NCBI GenBank assembly: GCA_951812585.1
Contig: OX638318.1
Coordinates: 2,978,810 to 3,042,809 of the forward strand
DNA length: 64,000 nt
Direction: 5' to 3'
DNA from: Rhodothermales bacterium
Lineage (GTDB): Bacteria > Bacteroidota > Rhodothermia > Rhodothermales > Bin80
Part shown: positions 40,963 to 52,400 of the stretch, piece after piece
Position numbering within the stretch: position 1 is the stretch's first letter
How the letters are laid out: the number at the start of each line of letters is the position of its first letter
Notes under the pieces: model-generated
The model's input: only the letters and a program-made list of their open reading frames with translations
Database searches by the model: none
Told to the model about the DNA's origin: nothing
Translations under genes and position numbers: made by a program

Positions 40963-41664
40963 ATGGCAACCTATAAGGCACCCAAGACGATCTCTAAGCG
41001 GAGCGAGCTCCGCAAGGATGCAGCTACGACCGCCTTCGTGCGTGTCCAGGATGTGTTCAGCAAGTACAAGCGATATCTGACGTATTCGGGTATCGGCGTG
41101 CTGGTGTTGGGCGTCGGCATCGTGAGCTATCTGTTTATTCAGGGTACGCGCAACGACCAGGCCGTAGAGCATCTGGGCGGCATAAGCTTCTACTACGAAC
41201 AAGGCGAATATCGCACAGCGCTGGACGGGTCTGGCGAAAGCCTGGGCTTTATCGACATCATTGACCAGTATGGCAGCACGACCGCGGGCAATGCGGCGCG
41301 CTTTTATGCGGCAGATGCGGCCTTTCGCTTAGGCGAATATGATCAGGCGATGGTCTGGTTTGAGGACTACAAGGGCAACGGCGACATGCTGGAGGCCAGT
41401 GCACTGGAAGGGCAGGCCGCCATCCACGAGATGCGCGAATCTTATGAAGATGCCGGCGTGCTATATGAGCGCGCCGCCAGCGTCCATGAGCATGCACTCC
41501 GATCTCCAGAGTATCTAAAGAAGGCCGCACGGGCCTATGCCAAGGGCGACGAGTACGCCAAGGCGGAAGCCGCGCTGCTGCGCATTGTCGAAGACTACCC
41601 TGACTCGGATGCGGCAGTGGACCTGGACTTTCACTTGGGTTTTGTGCGCGCCAGAATGAAGTAG
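40963..41664 (+). CDS. Membrane-anchored tetratricopeptide-repeat protein (YfgM-like)
   Basis: A single N-terminal TM (IGVLVLGVGIVSYLFI) followed by TPR-like helices (YEQGEYRTAL, FRLGEYDQAM, YAKGDEYAKAE). Confidence 0.6.
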   Translation: MATYKAPKTISKRSELRKDAATTAFVRVQDVFSKYKRYLTYSGIGVLVLGVGIVSYLFIQGTRNDQAVEHLGGISFYYEQGEYRTALDGSGESLGFIDIIDQYGSTTAGNAARFYAADAAFRLGEYDQAMVWFEDYKGNGDMLEASALEGQAAIHEMRESYEDAGVLYERAASVHEHALRSPEYLKKAARAYAKGDEYAKAEAALLRIVEDYPDSDAAVDLDFHLGFVRARMK

Positions 41665-41665
41665 G

Positions 41666-43069
41666 ATGTGTCCAAACAAGGCTACGCACACGGTGCTCGT
41701 CGTAGACGACGAGGCCAGTATTCGGCGCGCCCTGCGTGAGATTCTGGAGTACGAAGGTCTGGCGGTGGACGAAGCCAAGGATGGCGTGGAGGCCATCGCC
41801 AAGGTGCGGGCCAGGTCCTACGATGTCGCGCTGCTTGACATCAAGATGCCCCGCAAGGATGGGCTGGAAGCGCTCGCCGAGTTGGCGGAGCATTATCCAG
41901 AGCTGCCGGTGGTCATGATCAGCGGGCATGCGGACATCAAGACCGCGGTCGAGGCTACGCATGCGGGAGCGTTTCACTTCATAGAAAAGCCGCTGGATCT
42001 GCACCAGCTCCTGGTGACGATCCGGTCCGCGCTGGAGCGGGGGCGACTGGTGCTGGAAAACCGCCGCATGCGCCAGACCATCAGCGAGCGGCACGCAAAC
42101 GAACTAACGCCCATTCTGGGCCAAAGTCCTGCCATTGATCGCATCAAGACGATCATCGAGCGTGTGGCACCTACGGAGGCGCGCGTCTTGATCACGGGGG
42201 AGGCAGGAACGGGGAAGGAACTGGTCGCCCAGTGGATCCATCACCTGAGTCCACGCTGCAAGGGTCCGTTGGTGGCCGTCAACTGTGCGGCCATCCCTGC
42301 TGAGCTCATCGAAAGCGAGCTGTTCGGGCACGAAAAGGGTTCATTTACCGGCGCAATAAAGCAGCGCATAGGCAAGTTTGAGCAGGCACACAAAGGAACG
42401 CTTTTTCTGGATGAAGTCGGCGACATGAGCCTGTCCGCCCAAGCCAAAGTGCTGCGGGCTCTGCAGGAGAACACCATCACGCGCGTTGGCGGCGACCGGT
42501 CCATACAGGTGGATGTGCGTGTGGTTGCGGCGACCAACAAGGAACTGCGCCAGTGTATCGAGGAGGGGAACTTTCGCGAGGACCTCTATCATCGGCTTAG
42601 CGTCATTTTGGCGCACTTGCCCCCGGTCCGAGAGCGCAGGGGCGATCTGCCCGTGCTGCTTGATCACTTTCTTGCGCGCCTGGCCCGGCGCAGCGGCATG
42701 CAGCCGAAATCGGTGGCGCCGGACGCGATGAACCGGCTGGCCAGTCTGCCGTGGCGGGGGAACGTACGGGAGATCCTCAACGTGGCCGAACGGCTGCTCA
42801 TCTTGGGGCACCCGACGGAAATCACGCTGAGCGACATTGAACGGTATGTGCATGCAGGGGCGCGCGCGCGCGACACACTGGAGGGTCTGGTGCACCAATA
42901 TGAAGACTTGGGCGCATTCAGGGATATGGCAGAAAAGCTGTTTTTGACGCGGAAGCTGCACGAAAACGATTGGAACATCAGTCGGACGGCTGTCCGCATT
43001 GGCGTACAACGTTCAAATCTCTATACCAGAATTCGTCGATTGGGAATCGAACGCGACCATGCATCGTAA
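41666..43069 (+). CDS. Sigma-54-dependent response regulator (NtrC family)
   Basis: A receiver domain (VLVVDDE.., LLDIKMP), an AAA+ domain (GEAGTGKE, the GAFTGA-type loop GSFTGA, ESELFGHEKG) and a C-terminal Fis-type HTH. Confidence 0.92.
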   Translation: MCPNKATHTVLVVDDEASIRRALREILEYEGLAVDEAKDGVEAIAKVRARSYDVALLDIKMPRKDGLEALAELAEHYPELPVVMISGHADIKTAVEATHAGAFHFIEKPLDLHQLLVTIRSALERGRLVLENRRMRQTISERHANELTPILGQSPAIDRIKTIIERVAPTEARVLITGEAGTGKELVAQWIHHLSPRCKGPLVAVNCAAIPAELIESELFGHEKGSFTGAIKQRIGKFEQAHKGTLFLDEVGDMSLSAQAKVLRALQENTITRVGGDRSIQVDVRVVAATNKELRQCIEEGNFREDLYHRLSVILAHLPPVRERRGDLPVLLDHFLARLARRSGMQPKSVAPDAMNRLASLPWRGNVREILNVAERLLILGHPTEITLSDIERYVHAGARARDTLEGLVHQYEDLGAFRDMAEKLFLTRKLHENDWNISRTAVRIGVQRSNLYTRIRRLGIERDHAS

Positions 43070-44345
43070 GCTTGCGCGGCATACGCGCTACACAACCTGG
43101 AGGCTCTGTATACCCTGGGGGCTCTGTATACTCTTTGCCCTCATTGGCTGGCCAGCGAGCCACGCCGCACTGGCCCAGAGCCCAGCGCTGCGGATCTACC
43201 TGGACTGCGACGAGTGTGATGACGAGCACATCCGCACGGAAATCACATGGGTCGACTATGTACGGGACCCGGAACAGGCAGATGTGCATGTCTTCATCAC
43301 CACCTACCGCACGGTGCTTAGCGGCGAGCAGTACGAATTCAGCTTCATCGGGCGGGAGGACTACAGCAGGATGCAGTTCACCTTTCAGCGAACGGTCGGT
43401 CAGGCCGCCACCAACGACGAGGAGCGGGAAGCGGTAAACGAGGCCATAAGGGTCGGCCTGGTACCATTTGTGACGCAGCTGGACCCGGAGGCTTTCACCG
43501 TTCATTACGACCATGTGGATACACGGACAGCCGAGCAGACGCTCGAACAAGATCCATGGCGTCATTGGCTCTTTACGCTGTATGGCGGGGACTTTGAGCT
43601 GGATCTGGAATCCAACCGGAAGGTGTTCGATTCCCGATGGGGCTTCTTCGCAGATCACCGCAGCGAGACGTGGAAGATTCGCTTCAGGCCCTACTTCAAC
43701 TACGATCTCTTTGTGGTCGAGCGTGAGGGGCGCGAGGATATACGCAGCAGCATCTCGCGACACGGACTGGATTCGTTCGTGATCAGGAGCCTGGGGCCGC
43801 ACTGGTCGGCAGCCGTCTTCGGCACTTACCTGACGCGCAATGACCGCAACCTGCGCCACCACGGAGTGCTCACGCCCGGGGTGGAGTACAGCTTTTTGCC
43901 ATACGCCGAAGCCACACGGCGCGCGATCACGTTAACCTACATGCTGGGCTTAACCTATACCGATTACTTTGAGCGTACCATCTTCGATGTCACCGAGGAG
44001 TGGCTGCCGCGCCACGAAGCAGATTTTTCCATGGCGCTACGCAGACCCTGGGGAGACATCTTCTGCGGCGTAGAGCTGTCCCAATACCTCCATGACACCT
44101 CCGTCCTCAGCGCCGAGTTCGGTGGGTTCATATCCGTTCGGCTCTTTGAAGGATTCTCTCTAAGAGTTGAAGGAGAATATGAAATGATTCGCGATCAGCT
44201 CTCACTCCCCAAGGGAGATGCAACGCTTTCCGAGATTCTACTTCAACAGCGGGAGTTGGCGACAGATTATTCCTTCTCGTCATCCATTGCCGTTACGTAC
44301 ACGTTCGGCTCACGGCTTGCGAATGTGGTCAACACGCGTTTCTGA
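43059..44345 (+). CDS. Hypothetical outer-membrane beta-barrel protein
   Basis: Signal-like N-terminus ending HAALAQS, a beta-rich body and a C-terminal ...VVNTRF (terminal Phe). ATG 43059 overlaps the regulator gene by 11 nt. Confidence 0.55.
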   Translation: MHRKLARHTRYTTWRLCIPWGLCILFALIGWPASHAALAQSPALRIYLDCDECDDEHIRTEITWVDYVRDPEQADVHVFITTYRTVLSGEQYEFSFIGREDYSRMQFTFQRTVGQAATNDEEREAVNEAIRVGLVPFVTQLDPEAFTVHYDHVDTRTAEQTLEQDPWRHWLFTLYGGDFELDLESNRKVFDSRWGFFADHRSETWKIRFRPYFNYDLFVVEREGREDIRSSISRHGLDSFVIRSLGPHWSAAVFGTYLTRNDRNLRHHGVLTPGVEYSFLPYAEATRRAITLTYMLGLTYTDYFERTIFDVTEEWLPRHEADFSMALRRPWGDIFCGVELSQYLHDTSVLSAEFGGFISVRLFEGFSLRVEGEYEMIRDQLSLPKGDATLSEILLQQRELATDYSFSSSIAVTYTFGSRLANVVNTRF

Positions 44346-44347
44346 TC

Positions 44348-45052
44348 GTGAGCACGCTACTGATCGCCGACGCCATCACGAAAAGCTATCCGACTGGGAC
44401 GGGCGGGCGCCTCAATGTGCTGAAGGGCGCCTCGCTTACGGTTGAGCGCGGGGAGCTGGTGGCGATCGTCGGAGAGAGTGGTACAGGCAAGAGTACGCTG
44501 CTGCACATCCTGGGTGCACTCGACCGGCCGGACGCGGGCCGTGTGTATTACCACGGCAAAGAGATATTCGCCAAGCGGGATCGGGCCTTGGCGCGGTTTC
44601 GCAATGAGTCGATAGGATTCGTGTTTCAGTTTCATCACCTTCTGCCTGAATTCAGCGCGTTGGAAAACGTGGCCATGCCTGCGCTTATACAGGGCCGGCG
44701 CATGGCTTCTGCGCGGCACCGGGCCCGGGAACTTCTGGATCAGATGGGGCTGACGGATCGTGCAGCGCACCGGCCTGCGGAGCTCAGCGGCGGGGAGCAA
44801 CAGCGCGTAGCGGTGGCGCGGGCGCTGATGAATGCACCCGACCTCATTCTGGCGGACGAGCCCACGGGCAACCTGGATGCCAGGACTGCGGCGCTGTTAC
44901 ACGACTCCATCCATGAGCTCAGTCGCCGGCATGACCAGACGTTTGTGATCGTGACGCACAATCAGGCGCTGGCCAGCGAATGTGATCGCGTGCTCCACCT
45001 TGAAGAGGGCCGGCTGGCCGGGCATGGATCCAGTCGCACGCAAGCATCGTAA
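44348..45052 (+). CDS. ABC transporter ATP-binding protein (LolD/MacB-ATPase-like)
   Basis: Walker [10 protein letters not shown], signature [15 protein letters not shown] and Walker [16 protein letters not shown] start. Confidence 0.88.
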   Translation: MSTLLIADAITKSYPTGTGGRLNVLKGASLTVERGELVAIVGESGTGKSTLLHILGALDRPDAGRVYYHGKEIFAKRDRALARFRNESIGFVFQFHHLLPEFSALENVAMPALIQGRRMASARHRARELLDQMGLTDRAAHRPAELSGGEQQRVAVARALMNAPDLILADEPTGNLDARTAALLHDSIHELSRRHDQTFVIVTHNQALASECDRVLHLEEGRLAGHGSSRTQAS

Positions 45053-45081
45053 ACGGGAGTCCGTGCCCAATCCTTGAGGCC

Positions 45082-46065
45082 ATGATGTTGCCCTTGCAGC
45101 AGATAGGGTTTGTGCAGGAGGATGTGGATCCTTCGCTGGACATCTATGCCGAAATAGACCGGCTGAAGCGCGAAAAGAATGCCGTGCTTCTGGCGCACTA
45201 CTATCAGGAGCCGGAGATCCAGGATATTGCCGACTTCATTGGAGACTCGCTGGGGCTGTCGCGCCAGGCAGAAGCAACGGATGCGGACATCATCCTCTTT
45301 GCAGGCGTGCACTTCATGGCTGAGACGGCCAAGATTCTGAACCCTGCAAAAAAGGTCATCCTGCCGGACCTCAATGCAGGGTGTTCGCTTGCGGATTCTT
45401 GTCCGGCGGACGAATTTGCAACATTCAAGGCGCGACACCCGGACCATGTGGTGATCTCTTACATCAACTGCACGGCGGCCGTAAAGGCGCTAAGCGATAT
45501 TATATGCACATCCACGAATGCGGAGCACCTGGTACGGCAGATTCCGGAGGATCAGCCCATCCTGTTTGCGCCTGATCGCAACTTGGGGCGCTGGCTCATT
45601 CGCGAGACGGGCCGCACCATGAAGGTCTGGGACGGGGCGTGTATCGTTCACGAGACGTTCAGCGAACGCAAGCTGGTCGGCCTGAAGATCCAGTATCCCC
45701 AGGCGCTGGTGCTGGCACACCCGGAATGTGAAGAGCCGATCTTGCGCCATGCCGATTTCATCGGCTCAACGAGTGCGATCCGCCGCCATGCGCGCAAAAA
45801 CGAGGCGCGGCAGTTTATCGTAGCGACAGAAGAGGGCATCCTGCACCAGATGCGCAAGGATTGCCCGGGCAAGGAATTCATTCCAGCACCGCCAGAGAGC
45901 GGATGCAACTGCAGTCAGTGCCCACACATGCGATTGAACACGCTGGAAAAGGTGTACTTGTGCCTGAAGCACGAGCAGCCAGAGATCGTTCTTGACGAGG
46001 AACTGCGCATCCATGCCCTAGCGCCAATCGAGCGCATGATGGCGATGAGTACAGGCGTTTCGTAG
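45082..46065 (+). CDS. nadA: Quinolinate synthase
   Basis: [28 protein letters not shown] and the Cys-bearing NCTAAVKA / HPECE regions. Confidence 0.92.
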   Translation: MMLPLQQIGFVQEDVDPSLDIYAEIDRLKREKNAVLLAHYYQEPEIQDIADFIGDSLGLSRQAEATDADIILFAGVHFMAETAKILNPAKKVILPDLNAGCSLADSCPADEFATFKARHPDHVVISYINCTAAVKALSDIICTSTNAEHLVRQIPEDQPILFAPDRNLGRWLIRETGRTMKVWDGACIVHETFSERKLVGLKIQYPQALVLAHPECEEPILRHADFIGSTSAIRRHARKNEARQFIVATEEGILHQMRKDCPGKEFIPAPPESGCNCSQCPHMRLNTLEKVYLCLKHEQPEIVLDEELRIHALAPIERMMAMSTGVS

Positions 46066-46099
46066 CGCTTCAAAATTGACATAAAGCGCTGTACTTTTT
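46064..46099 (+). terminator. Candidate rho-independent terminator of nadA
   Basis: AGCGCTT (46064-46070) pairs with AAGCGCT (46084-46090) across a 13-nt loop, followed by GTACTTTTT. The large loop lowers confidence. Confidence 0.45.
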
Positions 46100-46493
46100 G
46101 TAAGTGGTTACGCCTGATTCGCAATCGAATTACTGAATTGCTGAAGCTGAAGGGCTGATTTTGTGCAGGCTGCACTCCCATTCTGGGCGGCGGCTTCTAA
46201 GGGGCAGTGCTGCCTGTTGAGACTGTCCACAGCAATCTGGAGCAATCTGGAAAGCGAGGACCCGGTGTGATGCCAATCCGCTGCTATTGCCGATGAAGCG
46301 CTAATGGGGAGGGGGTAGGTCCAGGCACTTAGCTGCAGAGGGCGTCAGCGCGCCGCCTGCTACGCCTGGCGGCCACGGTATGTGCGCGGGCGAAGGATGG
46401 CCGTCCCTGGACATGTGTGATCAGCGGGGGCGGGCGCGCTGTGGCGGCACCTGCGTAGGACCAGCGTTGATATGGGCACAGCCAGCGTGTGCT

Positions 46494-47804
46494 TCAGAGC
46501 TGCATCCGTATGCCTGCAAAGGGCTCGAAGCGGCGCTGTACAATGTACCGGGGCGCACCCGTCTCGCCTATCCGCTCAAAACTGTATCGCGCCAGCGCGC
46601 TGACATACACGGGACCGTAGACGCGATAGTTTGCGCCAAACACTAATGCGCTCTGGTCGTCGAAGTCGTCAAAGACGCCTAGGAAGCCGGCAGTCCCGAG
46701 CTTGTCTATGCCCACCTCGAAGCGGATGCGGTTGCTGTTGCGCACAAAGAGGCGAAAGTGAAACTCGCTAAGCGTCTGATGGCCGAAATGGCGTCGATAG
46801 TAATACCGCAAGGAGAAGTTTGGAGGAAATTCCAGCTTGAATTCGGTGAGTAGGTCACTGGCACCACGGCTCTCTGCAAGCGTCAATCCAACAACTTTGC
46901 CGCCGGCAGACTCCAGCGTGCGCGCATGGAGGTTGTGCACCGCATACAATGCGCCTACATACCCTGGAATAAACTGTCGACTGTTGTAGAACGCACCGAT
47001 GCGTAGCAGAAACGTCACCAGGTCCAGAAACTCCTCGGCGTGCAGGTTCGCGCCAAAGGCCAGCCCATCTCCGTAGTCCGTGTACCATGCGTAGCTGACG
47101 TAAGGCGAAAAATGCACGCCACCAGTGGCGAACAGCTCCAGCTGCAAGTCGACGCTATAGGCTTCAAGGGGAATCTCTTTGTTGCGATCTGCCACGTAAC
47201 TGAACCCTATACGCGTGGAATGCGCCGGCATCGTGCTGGCAAAGTAGAAGGGATAAGCCGTCGCGCGGCCACCCATCACGCCGTTCATCCGGACATCTCC
47301 CGTAAAGCCCGCGACGGCAAAGGCGCGCCCTCCGTAGCTGAATTCACCACCAATGGTCCGTTCGTCCCACGCTGCAGCCGTGCCGTAGTAGTTGACCAGA
47401 TGTCCAATGCCCAACCGCATGCCGTCCAGCAGGCCGGCGCGCAAGTGCAAAGGCCGGATGCGGGACGTATTGAGACGCACAAAATCCACCACCCGTAACA
47501 GATCATAGGCTTCGTCAACATCCGGTTCGTATCGACCCAGAGGTCCTACGCGCAAGGTGCCTTGGAGCCGCATGAGGGCGGGACGCGTAACCAGTTCGAG
47601 CCGCACGTTGGCTGCGGCCCGCCACTGCGCTCCGATGAGCGACAAGCCGCCCGAAGTAAGCACGACCTTATCTCGACGCCACCATTGTGGCTGCAGGTCT
47701 TCTCGCAGGTCGCCCTGCGAGCCAAAAGGTGCCGGTTGCGCCACCACGGGCGCCACACTGAGCAGAATCAGTGTCCAATGCGCGGCGCGCGAACCCCAAT
47801 GCAT
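46494..47804 (-). CDS. Hypothetical outer-membrane protein
   Basis: Signal-like MHWGSRAAHWTLILLSVAPVVAQP from ATG 47804 (an alternative ATG is at 47837) and a beta-rich body. The upstream part of the 512-aa track ORF would overlap the divergent gene. Confidence 0.5.
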   Translation of the reverse strand: MHWGSRAAHWTLILLSVAPVVAQPAPFGSQGDLREDLQPQWWRRDKVVLTSGGLSLIGAQWRAAANVRLELVTRPALMRLQGTLRVGPLGRYEPDVDEAYDLLRVVDFVRLNTSRIRPLHLRAGLLDGMRLGIGHLVNYYGTAAAWDERTIGGEFSYGGRAFAVAGFTGDVRMNGVMGGRATAYPFYFASTMPAHSTRIGFSYVADRNKEIPLEAYSVDLQLELFATGGVHFSPYVSYAWYTDYGDGLAFGANLHAEEFLDLVTFLLRIGAFYNSRQFIPGYVGALYAVHNLHARTLESAGGKVVGLTLAESRGASDLLTEFKLEFPPNFSLRYYYRRHFGHQTLSEFHFRLFVRNSNRIRFEVGIDKLGTAGFLGVFDDFDDQSALVFGANYRVYGPVYVSALARYSFERIGETGAPRYIVQRRFEPFAGIRMQL

Positions 47805-47857
47805 CGGCGCACTCCGTGACTCGAAACACTTAGACATCATTCTCATTGGATTATCAC

Positions 47858-48475
47858 ATGAGGCTGCCGCTCTTTCCACTTGGGGCCGTGCTTTATCCAT
47901 TGGAGCTGATGCCGCTGCATATCTTTGAAGCGCGGTATCGCACCATGGCGGCCCGGTGTCTTGATGACTGCATTCCCTTTGGCATACTCTGGATGGACGA
48001 AGGAAAGATGGCCTCCATCGGCTGCACTGCACGCATTCAACGCGTTCTGCAACGCTACAGCGACGGCCGATTGGACATCCTTGTCGAAGGAGAAAAGCGC
48101 TTTAAGGTTGCCCAGCTGTATGATAACCGTGCGTATCTGACTGGTGATGTCCACTACCTGGACGAGTCTGTTCCGGTTCCTGCGCAGCACAGCGTGAAGC
48201 GTGTGATCGCGCAGCATATGCGGCTCTTGGAGCTGGCTGGACGCAAGATAAGTCCTTCGGCCTACCGTCATACCAGCACCGTATCGTTTATCATTGGACG
48301 CAGCGCAGGCCTGTCACTGAAACAGAAGCAGGCGGTCTTGGAGATTCCCAGCGAGGCGCTGCGGATTCGCTACCTGATCGAGCATTTTGAGGCGCTCATT
48401 TCAAAGATTGAGACGACGCGGGCGCTGCGCAAGAAGATTCAGTCCAACGGTCACCTGGAGCGCGGCGACCTGTGA
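47858..48475 (+). CDS. LON N-terminal substrate-binding-domain protein
   Basis: MRLPLFPLGAVLYPLELMPLHIFEARYR is the typical start of stand-alone LON-domain proteins. The track start at 47846 is TTG. Confidence 0.8.
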   Translation: MRLPLFPLGAVLYPLELMPLHIFEARYRTMAARCLDDCIPFGILWMDEGKMASIGCTARIQRVLQRYSDGRLDILVEGEKRFKVAQLYDNRAYLTGDVHYLDESVPVPAQHSVKRVIAQHMRLLELAGRKISPSAYRHTSTVSFIIGRSAGLSLKQKQAVLEIPSEALRIRYLIEHFEALISKIETTRALRKKIQSNGHLERGDL

Positions 48476-49344
48476 TGCCTCGTGTGATGCCTCGTATTGG
48501 ACCGTTTACGCTTTATGCCATTGAGGCGGGGCGCTTTCGTCTGGACGGGGGCTCCATGTTCGGCGTGGTGCCCAAGGCGTTGTGGTCGCGGCACGTTGCG
48601 GCGGACAGCCGCAACAGGATACAGATTCATGCCCGGTGCCTGCTCCTGGCAGGCGCGGGGCGCGTCATCTTGATCGATACTGGCGTGGGGCACAAGGAGA
48701 ATGCATGGTTCAACGATACATTCGCTGTTGACTACGCGGACCATGACCTTGAACGAAGCCTCAAGCGGGCGGGCTTCGCGCCACATGATGTGACAGATGT
48801 CGTTTTGACCCATCTGCACTTTGATCATGCCGGAGGCAGTACAAGGCGCATCCAGGGGCGTACAACGCCGACGTTTCCCAACGCCACCTATCACCTGCAG
48901 GCGGGGCAGTGGGAAACAGCCATGAATCCCAGCGTGCGCGAGGCCGCATCATTTATTCAGCATAACTTCGTACCGCTCCAGGAGGCCGGGCAGCTTGTAC
49001 TGGTGCAGGGGGCCCGGGAGCTCATGCCGGGCATCAGCGTCCTGGTAATGCACGGGCACACGTGTGCGCAGCAGCTCGTAAAAGTGAGCGGGCCCGAGGG
49101 CGTTCTGGTTTTCGTAGCCGACCTGTTGCCGTTCACGCACCACATGCGTGCTCCCTGGGTGATGGCTTACGACACGCAGCCGCTGTTGACAATAGCCGAA
49201 AAGGAGCGTTTCCTGCGCGAAGCAAGCGGGCAGGGCTACCACCTTTTCTTCGAGCACGATCCGGACACAGTGATCGCCAACGTGGTACAGACCACCCGGG
49301 GATATCAGGCTGCGGATATTCGTCCTCTCCACGAGCTCTTCTAG
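48475..49344 (+). CDS. MBL-fold metallo-hydrolase
   Basis: The THLHFDHAGG metal-binding motif. Start is ambiguous (GTG 48472, ATG 48475 or ATG 48487) because of a 12-bp tandem duplication. Confidence 0.82.
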   Translation: MPRVMPRIGPFTLYAIEAGRFRLDGGSMFGVVPKALWSRHVAADSRNRIQIHARCLLLAGAGRVILIDTGVGHKENAWFNDTFAVDYADHDLERSLKRAGFAPHDVTDVVLTHLHFDHAGGSTRRIQGRTTPTFPNATYHLQAGQWETAMNPSVREAASFIQHNFVPLQEAGQLVLVQGARELMPGISVLVMHGHTCAQQLVKVSGPEGVLVFVADLLPFTHHMRAPWVMAYDTQPLLTIAEKERFLREASGQGYHLFFEHDPDTVIANVVQTTRGYQAADIRPLHELF

Positions 49345-49471
49345 AAACCCTTGGCGCAAACCGCAGTAAAAAGGTTTGCACACAATCGCCACGCCTATAC
49401 GCTCGGCTGCTACCGGACGCTAACACCTTCTTTCCGCGGATGCTCGGCATCTGCCCCTAATCGTCAGCCGC

Positions 49472-52400
49472 GTGCGATTTATTACGCTCTCCGCTCTCGC
49501 TGCCGCGTTTGCGCTTGCGGCCAACGCGCAGCAGGTCAGGTTTCGCCAGGTCGTACAGGAAGCGTCCCGGGCGGTCTATGAGCTCAACGCCGACTGGAGC
49601 AGTGCGCTAGGTGCCGAGGGGGCATCCCTGGATGCGGAAGCGCTGCGCCAACTGACGTACGGTGGACTGTTCGCGCGTACGGCAACCCTGCAGCTGCCCA
49701 CGCTGGAACAACCGGCAGTCCGGGTGCTTGTGGCGGACTACGATGAGATGCAGGCGCGTGTGCAGCCGGATGTGATCCATCCGCTGGCGCCACTGCCTGC
49801 GGAAGTGGTCGGTATCGGCCTGCATCGCAAGGTGCCTGCGGCCACGGTGGTGCTGCGCACCATGACGCTGGATGGCTCCGTACTACGGCGCTATCGGAGG
49901 CTGCTGGTGGAGGTGTCATGGGTGGATGGCCCAGTGGCCCGGCCTGCCAGCGATAACCCGCACCTTAGCGTGACAGAGAGCGTCCTCTCCACAGGTACGG
50001 TATTCAAAATTCCAATCACGCGCGAAGGCATCTACCAGATAGACCGGGCCTTCCTGGATGCACTGCCGGGGCTGAGCGTCAGTCCAGGTAGCATCGACCC
50101 GCGCGAAGTCAAGGTGTACGGCAATGGAGGCGCACCGGTACCAGCGCTCAACAGTGATCCGAGGCCTGCGGACCTTGTGGAAGTCCAGGTCTTTGTACAC
50201 GGCGGTGGCGACGGCTCGTTCGACAATGGTGATGCGGTATGGTTCTACGGGGCTGCCCCCCAGGGGTGGCATAGCGTTCACCTGCGCGACAGCCGAGGCG
50301 AGCTGCGCTTCGACAACGACGGCAACCCGATAGTAGAATGGCAGCACTACGTGCATCCGTTCTCCAACGAGAACTACTACTTCATCAAGATCGACGAACA
50401 GGAAAGTGCGGAGCTTGTTCAAGCTGCGTATCCCAATGTGGGTGGTGCCACTGCGTTGACGCAGATTGTTGGACGCCACTTTGTGGACTTTGATGAATTC
50501 ATGTGGGCCCAAGGCGGGAAGTCCGGCCATACATGGGTAAGCAGTCGCATCGAAGGCACCGTTCTCGCGGTTTTTGATGACCAGGTGTTGCCCGGACTTT
50601 TGGCTGGCAAAGTGACCTACAACGCCAGGCCGGCGATCCGAAGCAATCCGCCGGCTACCGTGCTGTTCATTTCTGATGGCGTCACGGTCGGCACGGCAAA
50701 CTTTGGCGCAACATCCGGCGATGCTACCGCGCCGATTGCGCGTACCGGCGTGGTAGCCTTTGATCAAGATGTGAGTGCCAATCAGCGTATATCCATGACC
50801 ATGGAGCTGGAAAGCAATGCGGGGGGTCCGCAGGCGGCGCTAGATTGGATTCGCGCGTACTATCCCATGGCGACAGCCCGGGATGAAGTGCCCGTGCGAT
50901 TGCATACGCCACTGATGACGGCAGGCACATTTACGATCACCCTGACGGGCTTCTCCAGTGAACCGTACGTTCTGGATGTCACCACGCCGGGAAGCTACGA
51001 GTGGCTCGGGATCGAACAGGCCGGCAGCGACTACCGCATACAGACAACGGCCAACGACATCCTGGTGCCGCGGGAGCTGATTGCCTTTGATGCGGGGCAG
51101 GTCACGTCCCTCGTTGCCGCAGACGTCTGTCCGGATGATCCCGGCTGCCGCGTGCCGCCCCAGAATCTGCACGGCATCACGACATATCCGGATTTTGTCA
51201 TTATCACCCCCAGTGTGTTTGCGCCGCAGGCAGCGGAACTGGCCGACATGCGGCGCAGTGAAGGCATGATCGTGGAAGTCGTGGACATCCTGCAGATCTA
51301 CAACGAGTTTTCGGGCGGACTTCAGGATCCGCGCGCGATCCGGGACTACCTGAAATTTCTTTATGATCGCGCACCCAGCGAATCAGAGCTGCTGCGGTAT
51401 GTGCTCCTCTTTGGCGATGGCCATTACAACTACCGCGCAATCAATCCGGAAAAGAACATCCTGCCGAACTGGATTCTGCCTTTCGAGACCGAGGAGTCGT
51501 TTATTCCCGAGATTTCGTACACGACCGATGACTACTTCGGCCTGTTGGACGACAACGAGGGGCTGTGGCCATTTACGCGCACGAGCTTCTACGGTGCGAG
51601 CGACTACCTGAACGAGCGCGTTGACCTCGGTATCGGTCGCCTTACGGTGATCACGCAGCAAGAGGCGCAAGCGGTGATCGACAAGATCAAGCACTACGAA
51701 AGCCCGCAGACGTTTGGTCCTTGGCGCAAGCGCTACGTATTCCTGGCCGACGACGGCCCGACCGGTCCTTCAGGCACGCAGGACGATAAGGACCTGCATA
51801 CCCAGAATACGGATGTTGTGGCGGAGGTAGTCGAGGAAGTCGCCCCCTATATTGACCAGAAGAAGATCTACGGCATCTCGTACCCGCGCGTGTTCAGGAA
51901 CGGGTGGAGGATTCCAAGGGCACGCGAGGATGTGCTGACGGCCTTGGCGGATGGCGTCTTAATGTTCAACTTCAGCGGTCACGGCGGGGAGAACGGTCTG
52001 GCGCAGGAAGACCTCTTCAATGCAGCGGATGCGACTTCGCTGACCAACTACGACATGCTCCCCATCTTCGTCACGGCCACATGCTCGTTTGGCCGGTGGG
52101 ACCAGTCCGATGCCCAAAGCGGGGCTGAGGAGCTGATGCTCAACAGCAGTGGCGGTGCCATCGCATTGCTGACAACCGTCCGCACGGTCTACACATCCGG
52201 CGATGCGACCAGCCTCAACGTCGGGCTCAATGTGGCACTGAACCAGGAACTCTTCCGGCGCGAGCCCGGCGGGCACATGCCACGCCTCGGAGACGCGCTT
52301 CGCCTGACCAAGAACACGCGGGTAGGCTACGAGGGTAACAACCGCAAATTCAACTTGCTGGGCGATCCCACCATGCGCGTGGGTGTTCCGGCGGCCCACG

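Noticed and set aside
43098-43135. 18-bp periodic repeat (GGCTCTGTATAC twice) near the start of the OMP gene
   Set aside because: It lies within the signal-peptide coding region ([11 protein letters not shown]). It is a small in-frame duplication, not a regulatory or CRISPR-like element.
49356-49379. Hairpin GCAAACC-N10-GGTTTGC after the MBL hydrolase gene as a terminator
   Set aside because: The 7-bp stem is real, but no T-run follows and the loop is 10 nt. The evidence is too weak to call it a terminator feature.
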